A stretch of DNA of 64,000 nt, from the IMG/VR virus record IMGVR_UViG_3300027863_000020, positions 1 to 64,000 of that record. One strand, 5' to 3'. This document shows positions 46,948-55,684 of the stretch, one piece after another; position 1 is the stretch's first letter, and every line of letters starts with the position of its first letter. The position numbers were made by a program, and so were the translations under genes. This stretch comes from a virus. The notes under the pieces are model-generated. The model did not search any database. It had not been told where the DNA came from and saw only the letters and a list, made by a program, of their open reading frames with translations.

Positions 46948-49913
46948 TGGCGTTTCGTGGCAATCCAAGACTCCGTGGTCATAGGGAGACATACGAGTAT
47001 TCCGAAGCAGAATTGACGGAATATCTCAAATGCCGTGCCGACTTTGAGTATTGGGCAGAGAAGTATGCCAAGATTGCCACTCTTGATGATGGTATTGTGA
47101 CCATCAAGCTACGGGGATACCAGAAGAGGATGATCCGAACGATCAAGAACCTTCCCAAACAGGGGAAGCGTGGAATGGTCGTATTGGCTCCCCGTCAATG
47201 TGGAAAGACCACGGGCATCTATCTGTACATCCTATGGCTAATCATTTTCTTCGAGTACAAGCGTGTTGCCATCATCGCCAACAAGGGCGCAAACGCCCGT
47301 AAGGTGATCCGTGACATCAAGCAAGCCTACGAATTTTTGCCACTCTGGATGCAACCCGGTGTCAAGGACGGTGGGTGGAGCAAGGGTTCGATTGAGCTTG
47401 AGAACGGTTCTATGGTGGTGTCTGGTTCGACTACGAGCGATTCGATCCGTGGTCAAACCTTCCATTGTTTGTCTGGTCGTAGTGAAGTAATCGTCCGTTT
47501 CGCAAATGGCGAAGTCTATAAAACGACAATGCGGGGGTTGAACGAACAGGATGAAAGTACATTCGTCAAATTAAACAATGTATATTTCGGTAATGACCGA
47601 CCTGTTTCTGAAAAACAAATATCTGGATTGGTACAACCGAATAATGCTTTCGGATTGGAGCGGTATGACCGAACTCCATCACATAATCCCACGAAGCCTT
47701 GGTGGTACGGATGCTCCGTCAAACCTGAAGCGATTGAGCGTAAAAGCTCATTTGGTAGCACATCATTTATTGACCAGAATAACCACGGGACAACATTTGC
47801 GGAAAATGCTATTCGCTTATGCTCAAATGATGTCGGGAAGACAGGGAAAACTTGTGGGGATGGACTGGAAATCCCAGAAAGTAGCCATTCGTCAATTGGC
47901 AGAGAGTCAATCGAAACGGATGAAAGGAGTTCGTTTGACAGAGGAATGGAAGAGACGGATTTCGGAATCCAACAAGGGAAAAACTTTGTCGAAAGAAACC
48001 AGAATCAGAATATCGGTTTCCAAGAAAGGAAATTTGAAGGGCGTTCCGAAGACGAACGAACACAAGCGGAAAATATCGGAAGCGAATACGGGGAATCCCC
48101 GTCCGTATGTTGTGAAAATGAACAAGAATCCAGAGAAGATTCGCAAGACAGCGGAAAAACATCGTGGAATGAAACGAAGCGAAAAATCACGAGAATTGAT
48201 GAGCCAACAACGGAAAGGGAAACCGTCTCCGTTGAAGGGGGTTCGTGGAATCATATCGGAAGAGACACGAGAGAAGATGCGTCAATCAGCAATTCTTCGA
48301 GTACAGCGTTTGGGGATTTGTGGGGACAAGACATTGAAGTCTTCACCGATGAAGGATGGAAACGATTTGAAGGGTGTGTAAACAATGGCTTTAAGAAAAC
48401 TTGGAGATTGAACCTATCAAATGGATTGACGATTGGTGCAACGGACAATCACGAATTCTCTACATACCGTGGGTGGGTTCGCCTTGATGCTCTTCAATCG
48501 GACGATATGGTCGATACAGTACATGGTCAATCCAATGTAGCATCAATCGAATATGTTGGCGAAGAGGATGTATATGATCTACTCAATGTAGAAGACATCC
48601 ATTGTTTCTACTCCAATGGAATAAAAGTCCATAATTGCGTGTACATTGACGAATACGCATTTATTCCAAAACACGCCGCCGATGACTTTATGAAGTCGGT
48701 TCTCCCGACTATCCTATCTGGAAAATCGGCTCAATTGTTTGCGACAAGTACCCCCAAGGGAATGAACCAGTTTTGGCGAATGTGGAGAAAGGCCGAAGCG
48801 GGTAAGGGTATGCTTGTACCCGTCAAGATCGACTATACCGAAGTTCCGAACTATACCAAGCCCGAATTCAAGAAGATGATTATTGAAACGGAAGGCTTGG
48901 CGACATGGAGACAGGAATTCGAGTGCAAGTTCCTTGGATCGTCCAAGACTCTAATCAATGCAGAATGCCTTGAAGAAATGGCACTGAAGCTACTCCCAGA
49001 ACCAATCGTCCGTCATTTCGATGACAAGTTCAAGATATGGGAGAAGCCTTCCAAGGGCGCAAGCTACATCCTTGCCGTGGACAGTGGAAAGGGTGTCGGT
49101 GGTGATTACTCCATCGTACAGGTTCTCCGAATCTATGGAATGCACAAAGCAGAACAGGTTGCGGTCTTTGCCGACAACTATACCCCAATCAACGACTTTG
49201 CCCAAATCTGCGTGTCAATCGCACGGTATTACAACAATTCGGAAATCATTGTCGAGAACAACGATCTTGGTGGTGTCCTTTGCGAACGAATCTTTGAACA
49301 ACTTGGATATGACCGTCTGGTTTCCTATGAGAAGGATTACTTCGGTGTTCGCTCGAACAAGAAGAACAAGGCCATTGGCAATATCGCCCTACGAGAATAC
49401 ATCGAGTCGAATTGGGTCAAGCTCAATGATGAAGAGACCGTAAAGGAATTTTCGTTCTACGAAGAAGTCCGTGACAATGTGTTCCAAGCAATCGAGGGCG
49501 AACATGATGACCGTGTGATGAGCCTTCTTTGGGCATTGTTCTGGTTGAAATCCAACTCCGAATTCGAGGATGAGGGTATCAATCAGATCAATGCACGGTT
49601 CCGAATCCATGACAAGGAATTGGGATACGAGGATACTGGAATGGGTGACGGGGATGCCGACTGGATGGGTGGCGGTGGTTCCACGGGTGACTGGTTGGGT
49701 GATTCCGATTCCCGTCAATCTGCGTCAATTTTCGGAAAAAGTGCCACAGCCGACAACCTATTCTCTGGTTTTGGCGGTGGGGACGATGACTTTTTTGGGT
49801 CTATGAAGGTAGGTGCGAATTCACCGAACCACAATTCAATGAGATTTGAGAACGGTGGGTACAGGCATTCAAACGGTGCTTTGGCGTTTGAGGATGATAT
49901 ACCGTCTCTCTGA
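46947..49913 (+). CDS. gp17: terminase large subunit, intein-containing
   Basis: LRGYQ, APRQCGKTT, LPLWMQ, ELENGS, IRG/[intein]/CVYIDEYAF Walker B, STPKGMN, QEFEC, AVD..KG.GGDYS, HDDRVM. Confidence 0.95.
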   Translation: MAFRGNPRLRGHRETYEYSEAELTEYLKCRADFEYWAEKYAKIATLDDGIVTIKLRGYQKRMIRTIKNLPKQGKRGMVVLAPRQCGKTTGIYLYILWLIIFFEYKRVAIIANKGANARKVIRDIKQAYEFLPLWMQPGVKDGGWSKGSIELENGSMVVSGSTTSDSIRGQTFHCLSGRSEVIVRFANGEVYKTTMRGLNEQDESTFVKLNNVYFGNDRPVSEKQISGLVQPNNAFGLERYDRTPSHNPTKPWWYGCSVKPEAIERKSSFGSTSFIDQNNHGTTFAENAIRLCSNDVGKTGKTCGDGLEIPESSHSSIGRESIETDERSSFDRGMEETDFGIQQGKNFVERNQNQNIGFQERKFEGRSEDERTQAENIGSEYGESPSVCCENEQESREDSQDSGKTSWNETKRKITRIDEPTTERETVSVEGGSWNHIGRDTREDASISNSSSTAFGDLWGQDIEVFTDEGWKRFEGCVNNGFKKTWRLNLSNGLTIGATDNHEFSTYRGWVRLDALQSDDMVDTVHGQSNVASIEYVGEEDVYDLLNVEDIHCFYSNGIKVHNCVYIDEYAFIPKHAADDFMKSVLPTILSGKSAQLFATSTPKGMNQFWRMWRKAEAGKGMLVPVKIDYTEVPNYTKPEFKKMIIETEGLATWRQEFECKFLGSSKTLINAECLEEMALKLLPEPIVRHFDDKFKIWEKPSKGASYILAVDSGKGVGGDYSIVQVLRIYGMHKAEQVAVFADNYTPINDFAQICVSIARYYNNSEIIVENNDLGGVLCERIFEQLGYDRLVSYEKDYFGVRSNKKNKAIGNIALREYIESNWVKLNDEETVKEFSFYEEVRDNVFQAIEGEHDDRVMSLLWALFWLKSNSEFEDEGINQINARFRIHDKELGYEDTGMGDGDADWMGGGGSTGDWLGDSDSRQSASIFGKSATADNLFSGFGGGDDDFFGSMKVGANSPNHNSMRFENGGYRHSNGALAFEDDIPSL
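47466..48635 (+). mobile_element. intein (390 aa) in TerL, immediately before Walker B
   Basis: Starts CLSGRSEV, block B ATDNHEF, block F VYDLLNV, ends IKVHN with +1 Cys; removing it gives IRGQTFH-CVYIDEYAF. Confidence 0.92.
47578..48381 (+). CDS. HNH homing endonuclease with NUMOD3 repeats, nested out-of-frame (+1) inside the intein
   Basis: NKYLDWY, ELHHIIPRSLGGTDAPSNL...AHLVAH, five NUMOD3-like repeats (EEWKRRISESNKGK, KETRIRISVSKKG, NEHKRKISEANTG, SEKSRELMSQQRKGK, SEETREKMRQS). Confidence 0.88.
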   Translation: MYISVMTDLFLKNKYLDWYNRIMLSDWSGMTELHHIIPRSLGGTDAPSNLKRLSVKAHLVAHHLLTRITTGQHLRKMLFAYAQMMSGRQGKLVGMDWKSQKVAIRQLAESQSKRMKGVRLTEEWKRRISESNKGKTLSKETRIRISVSKKGNLKGVPKTNEHKRKISEANTGNPRPYVVKMNKNPEKIRKTAEKHRGMKRSEKSRELMSQQRKGKPSPLKGVRGIISEETREKMRQSAILRVQRLGICGDKTLKSSPMKDGNDLKGV

Positions 49914-49927
49914 TTGGTTTTTCAAAG

Positions 49928-49935
49928 CATAAATA
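49928..49935 (+). promoter_or_regulatory. late promoter CATAAATA
   Basis: Upstream of tail sheath. Confidence 0.75.
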
Positions 49936-49975
49936 GGATAGAGAACCATTTGGTCTTATCCACAAGGAGTTAAAC

Positions 49976-51961
49976 ATGGCAGTCACCATTCGTAAAGAAG
50001 ATGCGCCCGGCACTTATCTGGCAGAGAAGGATGAGTCTGGTGGTCGTGTCCTTCCCGCTTCCACCCGTGGAGTTGCCGTAGTCGGCTACTTCGCAAAAGG
50101 CCCGGTGAATCGGAGAGTCCGTCTTCGTTCACAGGATGAACTCATTTCCGTCTTCGGTGCATCCGACATTGCCAAGTTTGGCTATGCTTGGTGGGTCGCA
50201 TACGAAGCACTCACCGAATCCGATGAAGTCTATGTGATCCGTGTTGTCAATGACACAGCGGTCGCAAATGACAAGTTGCTCTATGCGGGACTTGCCTACA
50301 ATGCGGGATGGGGTACTACCTTTGCGGGTGTTGCCGAACTCCCCACAAGCTCCGTGGTCTCCCATGAAAGTCTCCCTCTTGGAAAGGGCTATTCTCCCGA
50401 CAAGATCGTCTCCCTTGATGGTATGACCGTTGCCAACGATGGCTTCACTCTCGCAAGTGCAGTACCCGGTCTCGAAGGAACCCTGATTGGTTTCGAGATT
50501 GTCGGTGCGAAGGCCAACATCACAACCATCACTCCGACTTGGAGCGCAACCCCGTCCACCCCCGTTCTCAACGATCTCTACGAAGACACGAATGGAAACC
50601 TTTGGCGCATCACGAAGAGCGGTGCGGTTGGAACCACTCAACCCGCATGGCCTACCACTCCGTATTTCGGACAGCAAGTGACCGATGGCAATGCCGTCTG
50701 GACTTCCACAACCGAAATCCGTGAAAAGGATGTCCTTGGTCTTTCCGCAAAGTATCCTACGATGTGGTGGAAGATTCTTCGCCTCCGTGTTTACCAGAAG
50801 CCGAATTCTTCCGTGACTACCTTCACTGGTCTCCCCATTGTCGATGAATTCTTCTTCACCCTTGACGATTCCGTGACCACTGGTGGCGTGGCTATGCAAG
50901 CCAATCGCATCATCAATGGAAAGGGTCGCAATCTGGTCTATATCCGTGTCGGCTCCGACTTTTCCGATGGCACGATTGACATGAGCGAAGGTGTGTTTGA
51001 TGGTTCCGAATTCAACACCAGTGGGATCAAAGCCCTTCTTGGTGGTCAGGTCGGTGTCAATTCCATCACCCATACCTCTGGTCTCGCTCAAATTGGAAGC
51101 GGTTGGGAACTCTTCAAGGTTCGTGAGTATTCTTCTTGGAATCTCGCAGACACTTGTGTTGATCCCGATTTGGATGCCACTTTCAGCGTGTCCCAGAAGC
51201 TCAATGATGTGGTCGCAACCCGCATGGGTGCGATGTACACCGCTCAAGTGTCCAAAGTCACCGACATCCGAAAGGAACAGGTGGAAATCACAGCAGAACC
51301 CGCCTTTGCGGGTCTCAAGGATGCGTCCTATGGTGCGTTCTATGCGGGTTTCGACCGTAGGCGTGATCCGATCAGCGGTCGCCTTGTGTGGCTCCCCAAG
51401 TCCATCGAAGGTCTCCGTGCTATCCTGAAGGCGGGTCGTATGTTCAACGATGCACAAGCCCCTGCGGGTGCGGTCGTTGCGGTCTGTAAGGGCATTGAGC
51501 AGAATGTCGAGTTCTCCAAGGTCGATTGCGGATACCTCTACGCCAAGAACATCAATACCTCCATCAAGAAGCCCGAAGGCAATGTGATGTGGGGTCAGAA
51601 GACCGCACAGCGTACCGAATCCAAGCGTGATCGCATCAATGTAAGGCGTATCCTCAACAAGATCGGTCTCGATCTCGAACAGATTGGTGATAGCCTGATT
51701 TGGTCGAACATCTCCCCCGCTTTGATGGAGCGTCTGTACACAGCAGTTGATCGCAACCTTGAACAGCGTTCGGGTGAGGGGTATTTCGATACCTCCACGA
51801 AGGAAGCGGGTAAGGGTTATCGTGTCAAGGTCATGCGGAACCCCGACAACAAGAACCGTCTCGATGTCCGTGTGGAAGTCATCCCGATTGACACTCTGGA
51901 ATGGGTCGGTGTCGAAATCGTTGTGACCGATGCGGGTGTTGAATCCGTGACCGAAGTGTAA
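49976..51961 (+). CDS. gp18: tail sheath protein
   Basis: APG.Y..E.D, G.F.KGPV, APAG, LY..NIN, WGQKT, DRINVRR. Confidence 0.93.
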   Translation: MAVTIRKEDAPGTYLAEKDESGGRVLPASTRGVAVVGYFAKGPVNRRVRLRSQDELISVFGASDIAKFGYAWWVAYEALTESDEVYVIRVVNDTAVANDKLLYAGLAYNAGWGTTFAGVAELPTSSVVSHESLPLGKGYSPDKIVSLDGMTVANDGFTLASAVPGLEGTLIGFEIVGAKANITTITPTWSATPSTPVLNDLYEDTNGNLWRITKSGAVGTTQPAWPTTPYFGQQVTDGNAVWTSTTEIREKDVLGLSAKYPTMWWKILRLRVYQKPNSSVTTFTGLPIVDEFFFTLDDSVTTGGVAMQANRIINGKGRNLVYIRVGSDFSDGTIDMSEGVFDGSEFNTSGIKALLGGQVGVNSITHTSGLAQIGSGWELFKVREYSSWNLADTCVDPDLDATFSVSQKLNDVVATRMGAMYTAQVSKVTDIRKEQVEITAEPAFAGLKDASYGAFYAGFDRRRDPISGRLVWLPKSIEGLRAILKAGRMFNDAQAPAGAVVAVCKGIEQNVEFSKVDCGYLYAKNINTSIKKPEGNVMWGQKTAQRTESKRDRINVRRILNKIGLDLEQIGDSLIWSNISPALMERLYTAVDRNLEQRSGEGYFDTSTKEAGKGYRVKVMRNPDNKNRLDVRVEVIPIDTLEWVGVEIVVTDAGVESVTEV

Positions 51962-51987
51962 GTCAATTGATGAAATTGACGGGATTT

Positions 51988-52016
51988 GGGATAGGGTGTA
52001 TGCCCTATCCCTTTTT
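51988..52016 (+). terminator. intrinsic terminator after gp18
   Basis: GGGATAGGG/CCCTATCCC stem followed by TTTTT. Confidence 0.8.
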
Positions 52017-52074
52017 CAATATCAATAATGTATCTTGTATTGCACAACTATCGAAAATGTGTTATATTGAAGTT

Positions 52075-52287
52075 ATGAGACAGAATTGGACACATAATAG
52101 GTTCCGTTGTGGCGAAGTGGTTGATACCTGTTTTGGTGTTGGTAAGGTCGTTGGAATCGACCTCCCTCAATCACAGAATGCGTGGCGGTGGCTTGTGGAA
52201 ATCGTCAATCCCACCCGCCCGATATATGGTTCACCAGTCCTTGCATTCTTCGACAAGGAATTGACTGGAATTGAAACCCATAAATAG
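52075..52287 (+). CDS. small hypothetical protein (SH3-like fold possible), probably leaderless
   Basis: TTGCAC-N17-TATATT promoter ends 6 nt before ATG. Confidence 0.5.
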   Translation: MRQNWTHNRFRCGEVVDTCFGVGKVVGIDLPQSQNAWRWLVEIVNPTRPIYGSPVLAFFDKELTGIETHK

Positions 52288-52316
52288 AATGTAAGCCTTA
52301 ACCCCAAGGAACGATT

Positions 52317-55193
52317 ATGCCATTGAAGATCAGTGAGAAGAAGAAAGAGGAATTGAAGAAGCAGATCATCGAAATGCGGAAGAAGCGTTCCGCAAGTCAC
52401 GATGTCACTGCGATGATTGACGGTTTCAAGGGGGTCGATGCCTCCGACAAGCGTTATGAGAAAATCATCGACCTGTACATTCGTCTTGGTGGTGGTCAAT
52501 ACGGTGCTACGAAGGAAAAGATCATTGCCAAGCTCAATGAAGAATCCAAGAAGTCAGCAGAAGCCCGTAAGGATTTGAAATCCACCACTTCGATGGCGAA
52601 GTACGGGATTGACGGTGCGTTCGATGGCTTGCTCATGGAAATCGCAAAGAATCCACAGCTTGACGATCTCATGGCATTCGAGGATGAAAACTTCCCCGAA
52701 ATCAATCTCTCCGTATTCTCCGACTTCTGTACACAAATCCGATTGGATTATGGATCGTTCCTTTTCAATGGGTCGGTAATCAACAATGGCTACAACGAGA
52801 AGCCCCGTACTCCCGAATTCGTGCTCTGGTCTCCCAAGGGTGGCGCAATCAATTCCAAATGGGATTTGATGGTCAAGAAAGGTCGCATTCCCAACAAGCC
52901 CGAATATCAACCCAAGACCGCATGGTGTGATCCCCATGCTATGATGGCGTTCAATGTCGATCTTCTCAAGTCGTTGATGATTAAGGCATACTACACGGGT
53001 GTCACCGCCAAGGATTCCGCACGGGGAAAGAAGTACAAGTCCAATGGTGGAAAATTCCCAGACTATTGGTGGCCTGTCGAGTACATCATCATTCACGAAG
53101 TTCTGCATTTCAAGCAGGGCGACTTCTACAATGTCGAGCAAATGAGTTCCTTGATTGACGAACTCAAGTCGAATGCCAAAAAGCCATTCCACAAGACCAA
53201 GTTTGCCCACACGATTTCCAACATCACCCAAGACCTCATCAATAACTGGATGATTTCCGAAAAGTTGGGACTTCCGATCTTGACTACTGGATGGGTGTCT
53301 GAAAAGCTCAATATGCTAACCCTCAAGGAAGAGTCCCTGAAGACGGGCGAACCTCCCCTTATCGTGGGTATGCGTATTGTGATGAATGACCTCATTTCGC
53401 TCAAGAAGGAAGACCCCGAAGAGGCCAAGAACGCTATGGAGAATCAGCAAGATCAGCACCACAACGACTCCGAAGATTCGGAAAGTGGTGACGATCAAGG
53501 CGAAGGTGGCGAAGGCCAAGGTCAGGGCGAAGGCCAACAAAGCGATGGAATCGAAGATGATTCCGAAGATGGTGATGGTCAGGGCGAAGGCCAAGGCCAA
53601 GACGGTCAGGAAGGTGGTCAGGAAGGCGAAGAACAGGACGGGCAAGGTTCTGGTTCTGGTGAAGACAAAGATGGTCAGGAAGGCGATAAAAAGGGCAAGG
53701 GAAAAGGAAAGGGTGTTCCCTCCGACAAGGACATTGACGATATGGAAGACCTTGCCGATGAAGTGAGCCAAGAGAAGCCCGAATTGGGCGATGAGACCAA
53801 GAACGATGAGGGTCAAACGAAGACCAATCAGCAAGCCAATACCGCCCAAAAGAAAAAGAAGAAGATTGACGATGCTTTGGACAAGTCCAATGACAAGAAG
53901 GGCGAACCACAGGAAGGTGATGGAAAGGACGGTAAGGGGGAAACCGATTCTGGTAGCGATTCCACCGATTCGTCCACCGACCCATCCGAAACCGAAAGTG
54001 GCGAAAACACTGGAAACTGGCAAGACAAGGTATCGAAAGAAACCGATGATGTCGAGTTCGATCCTACGAATATGCCACAGGGCGAAACCGATCAGGAAGC
54101 AGAACAAGCAAGCGAAGATGCTTTCAATGATGTCGATGACGCATGGGACAATATGAACGAGGGTCTGGACAAGATTTCCGATCAGCTTGACAAGGTTGCC
54201 GACACCGAATCCAAGATGCGTACCCGTGAGGAAATCGAAGAAGCGGAGAAGAAGCGCAAGGAAGAACGAGCGGAAGCGGCACGGTCGATTGGACAGCAAT
54301 TGTCCAAGGAATCAGCGGTCATTTCAGCGGATTCGGCACTCTCTTGGAAGACCATGATTAACGAGTTCTTCGTCAATTACAAGATCAAGCAAGAGACCTA
54401 TGCCCGTATGTCTTCCCAGACCATTGCCAATATCACGGCCTCCGATGGAAAGGGCGCAATTGCGATTGATCCCGGCATCATCAAGGAAGATTCCAAGCAG
54501 AAAGTCCGTGTTGTGTTCTGCTTCGATGTCTCTGGCTCCGTGTGGAACCAGATTGGAAAGGCCAACCTTCAGCTTTGGAATTATGTCAAGAAGTTCGGAA
54601 ACCGAATTGACGAATGTTGGTTCATGCGCTTCAGTTCCGAAAACAACTACGACATTCACCTTCTCTCCGATACCAAGAACTTCTCTGGTGTGAAATTGAC
54701 ACCTTCTGGAAAGCGGAAGATCATGGAAGCGGGTAAGGGGAACAAGGGAGAATTCAAACTGGATGTAGAAGACATCTATCCAAGGCCAAGGAAGTTCTCT
54801 GCGATCATGTCGGGCGAAGGCGGGAAACAGACATACAATGCCGATGAGGATGAATCTTCTGCGATCCCCACGGGTGGAACCGACTTCACCAACAAGATTC
54901 TCAATATGTTGGAAGCCTTCTATCGTAGGGGTTGTGGTATCATCTTCTTCACGGACTCCGATTGTGCGGGTGGGCAAAATCTTGAGTCGATGAAGACCAT
55001 GCTATTCGACACCTTTGGCGTTCCTCCCCGCAAGAAATCAATCGGTGTGTGTATGACACAGGCCAAGGACTATGTTGCTATGGTCAAGGGTCTTGGAACC
55101 GAAAGCTCTGCGAATGGAGCATGGCGAATCACCTATTTCACCAACGAAGCCTATACCGAAGCGGTTGGCTTTGACGATAGCGACACTAACTAA
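52317..55193 (+). CDS. HEXXH metallopeptidase-like plus VWA domain protein (DUF2201-like architecture)
   Basis: IIHEVLH...QDLINN, long acidic Gly/Gln linker, VWA MIDAS FDVSGS...GGTDF...FFTD; late promoter at 52279. Confidence 0.8.
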   Translation: MPLKISEKKKEELKKQIIEMRKKRSASHDVTAMIDGFKGVDASDKRYEKIIDLYIRLGGGQYGATKEKIIAKLNEESKKSAEARKDLKSTTSMAKYGIDGAFDGLLMEIAKNPQLDDLMAFEDENFPEINLSVFSDFCTQIRLDYGSFLFNGSVINNGYNEKPRTPEFVLWSPKGGAINSKWDLMVKKGRIPNKPEYQPKTAWCDPHAMMAFNVDLLKSLMIKAYYTGVTAKDSARGKKYKSNGGKFPDYWWPVEYIIIHEVLHFKQGDFYNVEQMSSLIDELKSNAKKPFHKTKFAHTISNITQDLINNWMISEKLGLPILTTGWVSEKLNMLTLKEESLKTGEPPLIVGMRIVMNDLISLKKEDPEEAKNAMENQQDQHHNDSEDSESGDDQGEGGEGQGQGEGQQSDGIEDDSEDGDGQGEGQGQDGQEGGQEGEEQDGQGSGSGEDKDGQEGDKKGKGKGKGVPSDKDIDDMEDLADEVSQEKPELGDETKNDEGQTKTNQQANTAQKKKKKIDDALDKSNDKKGEPQEGDGKDGKGETDSGSDSTDSSTDPSETESGENTGNWQDKVSKETDDVEFDPTNMPQGETDQEAEQASEDAFNDVDDAWDNMNEGLDKISDQLDKVADTESKMRTREEIEEAEKKRKEERAEAARSIGQQLSKESAVISADSALSWKTMINEFFVNYKIKQETYARMSSQTIANITASDGKGAIAIDPGIIKEDSKQKVRVVFCFDVSGSVWNQIGKANLQLWNYVKKFGNRIDECWFMRFSSENNYDIHLLSDTKNFSGVKLTPSGKRKIMEAGKGNKGEFKLDVEDIYPRPRKFSAIMSGEGGKQTYNADEDESSAIPTGGTDFTNKILNMLEAFYRRGCGIIFFTDSDCAGGQNLESMKTMLFDTFGVPPRKKSIGVCMTQAKDYVAMVKGLGTESSANGAWRITYFTNEAYTEAVGFDDSDTN

Positions 55194-55210
55194 TCAAAAG
55201 GAGTACCGAA

Positions 55211-55513
55211 ATGGACTTGCAGACATACCTCACAGCGAATACCCAGAACCTCTCCGATGACGAAAAGAAGGCTCTTGGATTGACCAACCCCGTGAAAGCG
55301 GATGGAACCCCCGATACCGAACCGAAGGGCGTGACCCCCAAATCGTACTCCATCAATGAGTTGTACGAAATGGTCAATCCCGCCACGGGGAGACGGTATT
55401 CGATTCCGTTCCTGTCCCCTGCCGACCCCGACTACAAGAAAAAGTATGCGGACGCAATGCGGACGATGATCGAAGACCCCGAAGTGTTCCAGAAGCTCTT
55501 GGATGGCGAATAA
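55211..55513 (+). CDS. hypothetical protein
   Basis: 100-aa ORF with AGGAG RBS. Confidence 0.6.
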   Translation: MDLQTYLTANTQNLSDDEKKALGLTNPVKADGTPDTEPKGVTPKSYSINELYEMVNPATGRRYSIPFLSPADPDYKKKYADAMRTMIEDPEVFQKLLDGE

Positions 55514-55533
55514 TCGAAATTGACGAATCAATC

Positions 55534-55559
55534 AAGTCCCCCAAATCGGGGGACTTTTT
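55534..55559 (+). terminator. intrinsic terminator
   Basis: AAGTCCCCC/GGGGGACTT stem followed by T-run. Confidence 0.8.
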
Positions 55560-55684
55560 GTTTTTATGCGAAAAACGGCAAACTAACCACGGACGATCTT
55601 CTTCAATGTCAATCTATACCTCTTTCTGAAACCATAAATAGGAATAGCGAGAGCTTGAACTTCATAAACGAAAAGAGGTCATAC

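Noticed and set aside
47578-48381. Group I intron or sequencing frameshift as the explanation for the nested endonuclease
   Set aside because: No flanking room for an intron core. The TerL frame is continuous, and the HNH frame is bounded by its own upstream stop, start and stop. Not formally excluded without reads.
53490-53720. GGTCAGGGCGAAGGCCAA-like repeats
   Set aside because: They encode the Gly/Gln/Glu linker of the VWA protein; not a CRISPR array or DGR repeat.
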